Below are positions 52,701-64,000 of a DNA stretch of 64,000 nucleotides, piece after piece. The DNA comes from Botryllus schlosseri. Its lineage: Eukaryota. Positions within the stretch are counted from its first letter, which is position 1, and every line of letters begins with the position of its first letter. Position numbers and translations under genes: made by a program. Under the pieces are notes generated by a model that saw nothing but the letters and a program-made list of their open reading frames with translations, was not told where the DNA came from and ran no database searches. Location: positions 38,876,001-38,940,000 of the forward strand of contig CM119371.1 of assembly GCA_051294905.1 (NCBI GenBank), read 5' to 3'.

Positions 52701-55700
52701 TGCTAACCCAATACAAAAAGGTAAGTATTTCTCCGATATTTCGTAATATCTTTTCGGGACACCGAGTCATTGTAAGGGGTATGAAACAATATTAATATGT
52801 ATATCAAGAGAAATGGACTATATAAGCACGCAAATTAACTGATATTTACTTTATAGTTAAAATGGATGCATTAGCTCCGAACATACGTTAATAGCCTTCA
52901 ATTTTGATAAAATACTATTAATGGGGTTCGAACCCACGCGGGCAATCCCTCGTTTGAACTAAGTCCAGCGACACTCGGCCAATCCAATGCTCTGATTACT
53001 GGTCTGACATACCAATACGTTCCTTCTTGAGCCAGTAATAAGTGTTGTATGGCAAAATCGACAGCCGCGAGTATATACCAAATACTGGGTTTCGCGTTCG
53101 TACCCGCGCGGACATTCATTTATCGATTATTCTAGCGCCCTCACCACAAGTCCAGCCCATCAGCCTTGGAAATATTGAACCGCCGTATCACTGAGCTTCA
53201 TTCTGTGCGGTGATGAGCAGAAAAGTTCATAGCCTTCATCATTTCCAAAGCACTGGGTGTGGGCTTGAAACCCCCTTGCCAATTAGTACGTCATTTCCTT
53301 CCTAGCCGCAACTAACTTAGGTCTAACGCTTTAACCACTTGGCCAACGCAGCCATATCGTAAGGTCGAACGAACTGCCATACGACGAGAACATACCAGTA
53401 ATGATGCTACAGTTTTATTTAATTATGTGTAAACGAATGCGTCAGTAATTGAAAATACTAATGACAATTCGCGTCGTGAACTTCAACCTCTTGTAGAGCC
53501 CAGATATTTTAATCTCCTAATTGTTATTTTTAGGGATGGAGGCATTCGTACAATGGAACATACCTGATCTACGATGTTACCACGCAGTAAGTAAATACAT
53601 TGCTTTAGGCCTCGTGACTCTACGATGAGTATTTGAACACGGTATAGAATAGGGGTGGTACGAATATATGGCTCGAGTTCACGGCCGACACATGCGTACC
53701 TGTGTCAGATTTGCATTTTAAAGAAAGGGTGAAGTTGTGGTAACGGGAATGTGCAGGGTTGTAACGAGTAACTAGGTTCCGAGCCATCAGTCAATTCCAC
53801 TGTTAGGGTTTTGACTAAAGTCAAGTCGAGTCATTTGCAAACCAACACGAAGTCAAATTCTAAGTCGGCGAACAGAGGGTCGAGTCCTAGTCATAGTGCT
53901 GACGATCGAATACTACTACAAGTTTCGCGTTCAGGCTATGTTTGACGCCCTTTTTTACAACTCTGCTTGGGTGATATCGAATGCTTCAAACTCATAATAT
54001 AGCCTACTAATTTTCCTCACACTCAATAGTATTCGGCCCTATTTTTCAAGTATCAGTTCTGATCAGCGAAATACGAATAATATGGTAACTTACTATTCTT
54101 GGAATTAAGAATGAAATGCCTGGCTTAGCCGTCCGAATCTCGAGTCATATAACTTGTTCGAGTCATGTTTAATGACTCGAGTACAAGTCGAGTCAAAACA
54201 CAGATCAACTATTCAAGCTATAAGTCGAAGTATTCAAAAAGTGACCACCTCTGGCGATGTGACGTCGCAGATGTTGCTGAAGAAATGCAGAAATGGACTA
54301 ATTGAAACCTGGACAATGTGCGGCCAGCGGGCCAAACGCAGCCCGCCGAGCTATTCTGTGCGGCCCGTGAAAGGATTCTTGGAATTCAAAACATAAAACG
54401 TACCTCGCATGCCTAATCCAGATTCAAAATAAAGTCAGTGTAGCAACTTACGGGTAGCGCAAGAAGTCACTCATTCCATATACTTCAAGCCTTCTTTGTT
54501 GCCATTGTCACATGACGCATTATACATTATATTATACGGTCTGTGTTTCAAATTGTTATGTGATACTGTCCAAATCTATAATTCGTAAAACAAGTAAATC
54601 TGTGCTCTCGAATACTAATAACTCATCAAATCTATCACCCATAGGATGAACGGCCATGTCTAAAAAGGAAGCCGAAAAAGCTGAAATTCAAAGAAGGCTT
54701 AGAGCAATAAATATTTGTATACTAGAGTCAGAGGTAAACCTTTCAGTTTGTGCCAAGTATGTCGCCGTGAATTAGGATTGTAATTAAAGTAGGTCTTATG
54801 ACAAAACACGAAGACAGACAGTTGGTCAAGCTAAGGCGACTTTCAGAAAAACTGCAAGCTTCGCTCGACATCGTGGCAGTGTTGGGATGACTCGAGTCAT
54901 GACTTGACTCGAGTCAGACTCAAGTCAACTTTTTCGTATGACTTGACTTGACTCGAGTCACTTTGGAAAAATAACTTGACTTGACTTGACTCGAAGCTTC
55001 AAAAATGCGCATTGACTCGTGACTCGGAGCAAAATTTACGAGTCAAATTCAAGTCATCAAGTAAACGGTGTCGATTAAATCACCCTATCTTGTGTATGTT
55101 CGGATTGTTCGAGATACGCCGGTGTCACCTGTGAGAGCAACCAGTCATTCACTGATCGTACGATACACTGATCGTCGATTGTTAGATCACAAATAAATAG
55201 ACTGCAAACTAAACAATCACAGCTTGTGGTGTAGTAGTAGTAGTAGTACAGAGATTGTACCTACAATCTCTATAGTAATAGTAGAAGATTACTCTAAATA
55301 GCAATGTGTCTCTGTTTCTTAGATGGATCAATGCTTACGTTGCGCACTGCACAGTGCTCACCTTTGCCAACATTTATGTATGATTTAAATCAAACAAATA
55401 TAGTTTGTGCGTTTATATACTCACGGATATGTACATGTAGATTAGGTCCCATATTTTGGCTGATAATAACTGACTGTAGCATGTGACTGTACAGTTACTC
55501 ACGTATTTTATTAACAGTTCTACGTGTGCGTGAGTGATACAACGTCTTTTCGCATGTATATTTAACTAGATATTCGCTATTTGATTCAAGATAAATGATC
55601 ATCATTGATCAATTAATCTGTCTTTCACACAGCTAGCAAAGTGTAATGACTTTGAATCATCACTCATACATCGAAAATTCAATTTGACTTGAATTGTGAC

Positions 55701-58700
55701 TTGACTCGTGACTTGACTTGACTTGACTCGACTTGACTCGAGTCACCTCCAAAAAACGAGTGACTTGACTTGACTCGAGTCACCTTTGAAAATCGATTGA
55801 CTTGACTTGACTCGAGTCAAAATCTGTAATGACTCGAGATGACTCGTGACTCGAAGGTAGTGACTTGATCCCAACACTGCATCGTGGCTATTTAAGCTGC
55901 GCACTGCTCGAAAGGCAGCGGCCAAGACAATAATCTTTGTAGGCCTGCCACTCCGAATACATTTCATTGCGGTGGTTCTCGAACGGAGGGGGGGATTTTT
56001 CCCTATTATAAATTGGGGCGTGCCTAAAAACGTTTGAGAACCATTGTGTTAATGCAGTGGTTCCCAACCGGGGAGGAATTCCCCCCTTGGGGGGAATTTT
56101 GCAGTTTTTAGGGAGGAATTCCACTTTAGAATTGTAACATATTTCCCGAATTGTTCATGTCCGAACTGTCATGTAGTCAATCAGATATATCCAAACGTAT
56201 GCTTTTTATGGCTGCTTTTTGTTTGCTGAAATTATGTTCAAATGCTATTTGAAATCTCTTTTCACATACGAATTCCCCCTCTTTTTTTAAACTAGTTCAG
56301 ATGTGCTGCAGTTCGCAAGACAATTTTGTAGGCCAGCGACGGCCTCTTAATCAAATATATCCTAAGCGAGCAAATGTCGTGCTGAATCTATCGTAACAAG
56401 GCCTCTAGTGTAAGTATTTAACTTATATTTTCGAGTCAACATTTTCAGACAGTGACAAAATATTCCAACGCCATCTATTCAAGTCAAAGAGATCGCTCAG
56501 CCTTGCTTTATTTTCAGTGAACAGTTACTCGATCGAAAAAAGACATGGTAAACTTGGTGCAATGTTGCCGAAACGTGATGGGTGTCCTAATTTTCAATGA
56601 GCTCCAGCAGGGAATCTGATTACTTGTATGTTATATATCAAGGCTGTAACCAAATCACGAGGCTTTCATAGTTTTGACTCGAGTCAAGTCGAGTCATTTT
56701 CAATTCACCATTCAGTCAAATCCGAGTCCAAGTCACCGAGCAGAGGGTCGAGTCCGAGTGATGGTATTATGACTCGAGTCCTAGCCCAAGTCACACTCCA
56801 GTCAACACTGTTTGGTGGTCACTTTACTGTTCTTCGAAATTACAATGAAATGTCGATCTTGGCCGTCTTTTAGTCTCGAATCATATGACTCGGTTCGAGT
56901 CATGCACAATGACTCGAGTCCAAGTCGAGTCAATACCCAGATTGTCTCGAGTCGAGTCGCTTCCGTATTTTGAGAAAATGACTCGAGTCAAGTCGAGTCA
57001 TCAGAAAATGGTGACTCGAGTCAGACTCTAGTCTGGTCAACCCTCCTATATATGAAAGCACCAATATTATTGGCCAAATGCATACGCAAACTTGAGAAAA
57101 AAGTCGCGAGACCAGTAAATGTATGCATAGTGATTTTCCACAGCAGTTATATTAGCTATTGGTGCATGGTAAGCCGAAAACACAAATGGAAGTATGGGGG
57201 TCTGTTGAGTCAAGCCTTCCAGAATTTGTTTGATTGGGACCAAGACCATTGTTTTTGGAGGTCTACAAAGTGTTATTACAGCACTGCTAGAAACAAACAC
57301 TCGGTACCGCCCGTCTTATTCTCTCAGTCAACAGGTGTTTGCGCGGTACAAATGACCTTTTTTAATCATCCGGCAGATTTATCCTAAGGGGGGAATTTTG
57401 GCTTAAATTTCGGCCAAGGGAGGCACGAGATGAAAAAGGTTGGGAACCACTGTGTTAATGTCTTAATTGTAGAACGGCGATACGGGTTTAAAGAGACTTT
57501 AAAATGTATATGTTTAATATTGTTTCGAATCTTGGTGGCAAAAGTTTCAATTAACCGCCAGTTTCTCATTACCCAACATCAACACATTCACTGAGCAGCA
57601 TTTATTAACAATGTCATTTAGAAATAAAATTAAAATACGCTGAAGAATATAGCTAAAAAAATTATCTCTGCCCGCCAACGTATTTTCTACTTTTTATTTG
57701 ACCCGAGGAGAAGAATAATTGCCCATCTCTGGTCTAATTGCTGCTAATTAGAAATGATACCTGCTTTCATGGTAGAAATTCAGTCTGATGTAGTAAGGAA
57801 ATTCACTGTATTGCATGGCAAGAGTTCATTCGCTATAGACACATATTACTGATCACTAATATATTTTCAGGACTATAGACGCAACTCTGGTCACTCCGGA
57901 TGACACGCAGTACTTCGTCTGGGCTCCTTCTGGCAATGCCCTGGTAGGTTGCTGTATGTCTGGTTGATGGTGCCGGACAACTATGGTCTTATACCCCAGA
58001 CCTCATCGAATTTTGTTTATCCGCTAGTGTTGAATTAGCCGGGAGTCCAATACGAGTCCAATGACATGTTAAGTTGTGTATTAACTCTAGTGTTAATAAG
58101 TGATTCGATTCTGATCCGAGCAGTAAGCTTCGATTCGAGTCGAATTACTTGTTATCGCGTCATAACAGCATGAAAGATCTGGAAAGTGGAAATATATACC
58201 TCTTATGCTACCACAAAGAATATAATTCTAACTCTAAATCACAAAACCGACCTCACAATATATCATGTCGTGAAGCACGAATCATAATACGGCCATAAGC
58301 AACACTGTTGTTTGTTTGTTTGTTCATTTGAACAATATATGGCACTTATCGCCAATAAGATCATTTGCGCCCGATCATGAATACTGTCCTTTTCTTGTGT
58401 TTTGTTTTGTTTGTTGTACAATTTCTGCAGACGACTTTCAGTCACACACTCATCTTTCACTCTCTGTCGCACGTGTCCTCGTCAGAGGCCGATTTTCGTA
58501 AGCTCGACTTTACTTGCTTGACCGGGCTTTTCTTACGACACTGCATTCTCAGTGAGGTCAGCGATGAGGAGCCCAGATTAACCTCCGACACATAGGAGTA
58601 GGTCCGAACCGGGATTCGAACCACCACCATTGGTGTCGTGACAGAGGCGCAAAACCAACTGCGTCATTTGCGTTCCCGTGAACAGTGTTGTATCTGATTT

Positions 58701-61700
58701 TATTATATTTAATATTAATACATTACAGTTCAATGCGTAATTTTTTGCCTTTCCCTATTTCATTGCACTTTGTGACAATGCAGTGGGTTGATCAAGGCTC
58801 ACAGATATGTATTTTCACAAACGAGCTATGTAGGCCTACTTCTAGTTTCGTATGCGGTGACACCACCAATAAATGTTTCAAGGCTCTCGCGAAAGACAAA
58901 ACTGTTTAAATTGAAAATGTCGTTGATAACTTATATATTAGTGGCAGGAAGCATATAATTTCAGTGCTCGAAAAATCAGCTTTCACCACTGGCCTAGAAT
59001 CAACTTTATCAATACTAGATTGAAATTCGAGTGCTTGAATCATTGTATCCAGATCTTGCAATAAGTCCCGCATAGTAATACCAAAATGGTTCCACCCCTG
59101 CCTTGTAGTGAATCACTTTTAACGGCATCATTCGCCCCTTTACAGGCTTACGTCCACGGATTTGATATCTATTACCGCCCGGCCGTTAACGAAGATTCTG
59201 TTAGAGTGACATTCGATGGTCGGTCCAATTACATCTACAACGGAATACCTGACTGGGTCTACGAAGGTGAGGGCTTCCCTTAGTTGTCCTTACCCTTACC
59301 ATATGTCCTGATTTCTCAAAAATAAAAATAGAATTATTTTACGAAGACTCCTGAATGTCCTCTTTTTTTGGATTTCTGGTTACTTGCCCATAGTTTCAAC
59401 AAGACCTTTAGGCGAGATATACTTATTTCAAAAAGATTTCGGTAGCAACGGTAAGTTGTATACGTTTCAAGAATATTGACGGTGTATAATTTCAATGATA
59501 TTTAGTCGCGATCTCGGTATAAATGATCATTGCTCATCGGCAAAAGTTAAGGGAACCGCAAAGTATTCATGGGCTGAATCGGTAAAATAAATTTGATTTC
59601 TTGTTTTGCGTTTATTTTTGTAACTTTTAATTCCATCTGTGTTTGCAGTATTTGCCAGCAACTGTCGAGGAATTGTAAAACATCATCAAACTCAAACGTA
59701 TTAATTTGTTTCGTTTTTCGGCAAAAAATATTCTATTTTTGAATTTTGAAAATATGGTAGGCATGCACGTGCTGTTAGTAATAACTCTACGAGCATGTTT
59801 GATCATGTCGTCACATTATCGATAAGAGAGACACATCAAATATTTGCTGTGTATTACTGCTGACGAATGACTAGGCGCTCTTGACTTCGCCAAGCATGTC
59901 AGCAACAAAAGCTCGTAAACGCTATCATCCCATTGTTTACCATGGTTCGATTTACAACAAGACAAGATATTATAATGAAAGTAATTATTATAACTCAAAC
60001 AACTTTATGGCTTTCTTCCGGACCAGAATTTGAGATCAATAACAAATATATGAACTATCCCCTTACCAAACAGTTCCCCTCATCAGGAGATGATTTATTA
60101 TTGACCCCGCGTCAGTGAAATATAACTGAAGATAGCGCGGAGAAAATCAGCATTTAATTGTTGTTGTTGGATAACTGAATAAAGATGAGTGAAAGAAAGG
60201 TATATTTGTCATATTCGCAGCGTAGAATACGTGTCAATCAGGTATAATGCTCTTGCATAAGGGAAGCATTGCTTTCAATTCCAATGGGAGGATTCGAGTC
60301 ACATTACCCAATCCCTATAGAGTCATAAACCCCAGTAAGCTAGTGGGTGTTGTGGAATATATTATTTGGTTCGAAAATCCGTTGGAAGTCCTGAACATTC
60401 TGTTCCGATGAATATCTCGTTTTACTCTCAGAGGAGATGATCTCAAGCAACAACGTCATGTACTTCTCTCCTGACGGATCATATCTCGCTTTTGCAAAGT
60501 TCGACGACTCGCTATGTCAACGGATCAACTTCGAACGATACGACGGAGGAATATATCCCGACATGCAAGTCGTCTCCTATCCGAAGGTAGTAACATATGA
60601 TCCTATATATTTTTTTCTTCACATAAAGTGGTTGACGTTTGATACTGTTATAGGGAACATGCAGAAATCCGATACCCGGTGATGGTAAAAGTAGTCAGTG
60701 TTTATACTCAAGTAGAAGTAAAAATACAGCCGCTGATTCCTACTCAATTACAAATAGAGTATCTGGTTTCAAAACACGCCAAAACTGCTTCAAATGGAAG
60801 TGGTAAATGTGAGAATGAAGCGCAATAAAGTATGTAGTTTCAAAAGTAGATTTGGTCGAGGGGTCGCATGATTTAAGCAAGTAGTCGGGAGGAGTTATAC
60901 TTTGAAAATCCAAACTTTCACATTGGCGAGCAACACAAAAGTCATAATAACGCTACAAATAGGTATCATTTTCAAATATATATTCAGGTACTGCGTTACA
61001 AGGGCTATTTTGCATATTTGCTGTCATGCCTAATACCTTTTCTACTTTCCAAAATTCAAATTGAAAAAATGAAGTAGTCTTGCTTTACAAACTGATAGGC
61101 AGAAGTGAAAGTTGTTTGAAAACATTTATGATTGAGTACACTCAGTTGAAGCTGCTTGAGTTCTCCGAAAAGTAAAAATATATGTCGTTGTAGTCCGAGG
61201 GTTCGCCAATTGGCAAAATACCGAATAAGGTACGGATATATTCTTCACATTGTGAGAACAAATTTTTTTTTTTCAGTCTTCAACAACCCAACCAACCAGT
61301 GCGGTTTTCGTTTACGACGTCACTAACAACGCCACGTATGATGTGGACCCACCCGCAGTCTTTTCATCTGTGTAAGTACTAACAACACTTGTCCCGAAAT
61401 CACAAACTGCTCTTTGAGCACTGGTCGCGTCGCGCTATAATGAAGTTTTGATGCATTGATGAACCGGTGTTTCGTTAAAGCCAGCCGCCATATCTTTTCC
61501 TTGTATTATGTATGAAAATTCAAATCACACACTCAAGATTAGAGATGGACGCAATGATTCGCGAACCCGAATCTGAATCGAACATTACTTTTAACGATTC
61601 GACTCAAGCAGTGAGGCATGTTTTTGCGAGTACTTAAATTATACGGACCTTCTTAATGAGAGTTAATTTATTCGCAAAATTTTAGTTTCGATAGCATTTT

Positions 61701-63932
61701 CAAATTTGGAAGCCTTCGATTTGTCGCAGTGCAGCATTCGGTTCATGTAGTAGTGGAATAGTCATGTCAAAATATACCGAAATAATTTAATGTGATGTAC
61801 AGCTGCCGAAATATTCATTGTTACCTAATAAAAGGTCCATATGTTAACATTCCACGTCTTTCATACACCTATGACATCATAATTAGTTATACTCGAATGT
61901 TCGAATCGACGCCTAATACTCGATTCAGGACCGGATCACTCGTACTCGATTTTATGCAGAGCTGCTAAATATTGGATTTTCGCTATATCAATCAATCGAT
62001 ATCTAAATCATTGTTGGTGCCGTCCATATCACCATGGCGATACTTTCCATATCCACTATAGCGCAATATATGGACTGGAGGTTCGTGCAATGCATGGCGT
62101 CACACGCAATTAAAGATCGGAGGAAAATCGCAGGACAATATATATTTTGTGCCATTAAAGGTATAAGTCATATAAGGATATCTTTACCGTGAATGAATGC
62201 ATTGCGTCAATAATACAGGTATCATATATGTCCATTGTCCACCTTAAGGAGGACGATTTGTCCTCTTTTTTCAAGAAATCGAAAATGTCCGACGACGACG
62301 CTTAAATTGCCTTATTTTTGGTAATTGGTCATCACTCAGAGCTCCGAGAGCCAGGCTAATAGACAGACACACCTAAATACGGCATAAATTACGAGAATTC
62401 TGCAATGCAAATGCTCGAGCGGGTCTTTGGAGAGTCGGACGGGAAATCTTACCTTTTTTAAGTCGACACGTCAGCGTAGTGTTAGTATAAAGTGGGTCAT
62501 TCGGGAGTCAAGTCGAAAAAAAATACTTTTTTAAGTTAACACAAAATGACTTTCGTAAAATATTCTCTAGTCCGGAAATTTAACTTTTGTAATTTGTGAA
62601 ATTGTCCTTTTCCGAACCCAGAATATGAAACCCGAATATATAAGGGCTCATTTTATGTACTCGACAAATACCAAGCCGCGATTGCAACCATGTGTTTGCC
62701 ATAGCATAGCGGCTTACGAATTCTTCAAGTTAATTGGTATCGTTTTGAAATTCATCTGACCAGGGACTATCTTTTCAACCGCGTGACGTGGGCGAAAGAC
62801 GATACGTTCGCGCTCACGTGGAGCAATCGAGTCCAAAACGAAAGCGTCATGCACTTGGTGACAGTAAACAGCGGCACGCAAGATACTACTTCCATAACTG
62901 TAAGTTATCATGATATCGCATCAATTTGGGATTCCGTTGTTGTTGTCGTTGTTGTGTGATCTATGCATGCGGATTTTCGACTATAATGGTCAGTTACTGA
63001 GGTCCCATAATCGTTATGATGAATCCATCGCTGACGGGTTGTAGAATGGCCAATTTCTAAGCTTTTAGAGACACCCCTTAGGCCGGTGTGGTGACTTGAC
63101 GGAACCTAGATAAACCGTCAACATTTGGTGAGAGATTCCAGAGGCCACTTCAGTCGAACTCAAATTCGAAATCCATTGGCGTTATACCTGTGCCTCACAC
63201 CAGGGTTGTAACCAAATCTAACGGTTCCGAATCACAAGTCAATCTCAAATTTGTAGTTTTGACTCGAGCCAAGTCGATTCATTTCGGATTCACTAACGAG
63301 ACAAGTCCAACGCCATGTTGGCTAGCAGAGGGACGAGTCAAAGTTATAGTGTTGAGACTCGAGTCCAATTGCAAGTCATTGCGTTCACTTTTCAGTTTTA
63401 ATTTGAAGTCATGCTGGAACAACTTTCAAAACTCTGTTCGAGTGAGATATAACACCACCCCTATTACATTAATTTTCTTTGCTCCTATCAGTTGTTGGCC
63501 CTATATTCCAAACACCAGCACAGATAGCCGAATTATCATTCATGGTGTTAGCTTGTCTTGTCTAAGGAGTTTCAATGAAATGACTGTCTTCGCAGTCATA
63601 TAGACTCGATTCATGCGCCATGACTTGTCTAACAGCCTGGTCGATCACAAATCGACTCGTGACAAATTTGGAATATGACTCGAGTAATTACAACCACGTT
63701 TCTTACCATCACGCGATCTCGCCGAAGGTGCTGCTGTTTTTTTTTTTTGCAATTCAGTCTGAACATCTTTACACAGGATGATCAATTCTATCATTCGAGT
63801 TCAACTGGTTGGGTTTACCAACGCCGGCCTCATTGGATACCGGTGTTCGCCAATATCACTGTGGTCGACGAGGCTGAATACTACACCGTGCTTCCGAAAG
63901 ATAACTGGCAGCACTTGCATTTGGTCAGCAAG
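46766..63932 (+). CDS. DPP4: Dipeptidyl peptidase 4-like paralog B, 5' part (signal-anchor and beta-propeller); continues beyond the window end
   Basis: Exons: 46766-46850 (MANLSNMKILGIIALCICAILIGYASVQ), possible microexon 46970-46988, 47265-47380 (PFTFDDSF..VTWIS), 51556-51647, 52646-52720 (VSADLKYI), 53534-53586 (GWRHSY), 57871-57943 (WAPSGNAL), 59146-59266 (YNGIPDWVYE), 60432-60586 (EEM..FSPDGSYLAF..YPK), 61277-61371, 62764-62899 (WSNRVQN), 63777-63932 (STGWV). Phases are consistent from 47265 onward; the exon1-exon2 junction is unresolved. The catalytic domain lies outside the window. Confidence 0.88.
47400..48024. mobile_element. Foldback MITE with ~270-bp inverted arms, P-superfamily-like
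   Basis: CAT(T/A)GTGTCCTAT...ATAGGACACTATG termini, 7-bp TSD GTTTCAT (47393-47399 / 48025-48031), highly similar arms, 41-bp tandem duplication in the centre (47655-47736). Confidence 0.85.
48660..50989. mobile_element. 2.3-kb non-autonomous hAT-type element nested in a GACTC-family MITE (~48374-51156)
   Basis: TIR CAGTGGCGGCTCGT/ACGAGCCGCCACTG, perfect TSD GTAATGAC; internal diverged ~200-bp repeats. Confidence 0.88.
51265..51516 (-). mobile_element. tRNA-derived SINE (family 1), second copy
   Basis: Reverse complement matches 35910-36135 (CCTAAGTGTTGGAGG, TAGTCGACAAACACCATGA). Confidence 0.7.
52913..53351 (-). pseudogene. Three degenerate tRNA-Leu(TAA) copies in tandem
   Basis: Copies at ~52913-52988, ~53083-53160 and ~53251-53351 align to the reverse complement of the tRNA at 39291 (GGGGTTCGAACCCACGCGGGCA; ACTGGGT..CCCGCGCGGACATTC; TTAACCACTTGGCCAACGCAG), with broken stems and indels. 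Confidence 0.7.
54877..55879. mobile_element. MITE, GACTC-rich family
   Basis: TIR CAGTGTTGGGAT/ATCCCAACACTG, perfect TSD CATCGTGG, dense GACTT/GACTC arrays. Confidence 0.88.
56055..57452. mobile_element. Charlie-like hAT element with a nested GACTCGAGTC MITE (~56639-57046)
   Basis: TIR CAGTGGTTCCCAACC/GGTTGGGAACCACTG, perfect TSD TGTTAATG. Confidence 0.85.
58385..58670 (-). mobile_element. tRNA-derived SINE (family 2)
   Basis: On the minus strand: A box TGACGCAGTTGG, B box GGTTCGAATCCC, body shared with 33943-34204, (CAAAA)n-like tail. Confidence 0.7.
63201..63698. mobile_element. Degenerate GACTCGAGTC-family MITE
   Basis: CAGGGTTGTAACC start, TTACAACCAC end, homology to 30926-31503. Confidence 0.6.
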
Positions 63933-64000
63933 GTGCGTACTGCAGCCATAAATAGAAACGGAAATTGAAATAGATAATATAATAGATGGTCAGTAACGAA

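Noticed and set aside
54877..57046. GACTCGAGTC/GACTT arrays as CRISPR-like repeats
   Set aside because: Irregular 5-10 bp words bounded by TIRs and TSDs; no constant repeat-spacer structure and no cas genes; eukaryotic context.

Overview
Intron-rich, AT-rich animal genomic DNA, probably an invertebrate chordate such as an ascidian (my inference from short introns, gene content and repeat landscape). The ORF track is largely uninformative because the genes are spliced, so I assembled exons by hand and checked splice phases. The window holds: (1) a complete 19-exon DPP4-like S9B peptidase gene (+, 3326-29593, ~819 aa, intact Ser/Asp/His triad); (2) a 6-exon secreted fibrinogen-related (FReD) gene on the minus strand (35397-32905, ~237 aa) that is absent from the ORF track and has an N-terminally truncated FBG domain; (3) a 2-exon class I SAM methyltransferase (+, 37112-38848); (4) an intact tRNA-Leu(TAA); (5) a probable rhodopsin-type GPCR pseudogene broken by a MITE; (6) the 5' half of a second, divergent DPP4-like paralog (+, 46766 to beyond 64000) with different intron positions. 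Introns are packed with non-autonomous hAT-type elements (8-bp TSDs, nested up to four deep), a P-like foldback, tRNA-derived SINEs, LINE 3' ends and a decayed tRNA-Leu array with a ~169-bp period. There is no CRISPR or other prokaryotic system. I cannot show that any of this is a new biological system; the best candidates are the truncated FReD, the DPP4 pair and the tRNA relic array.
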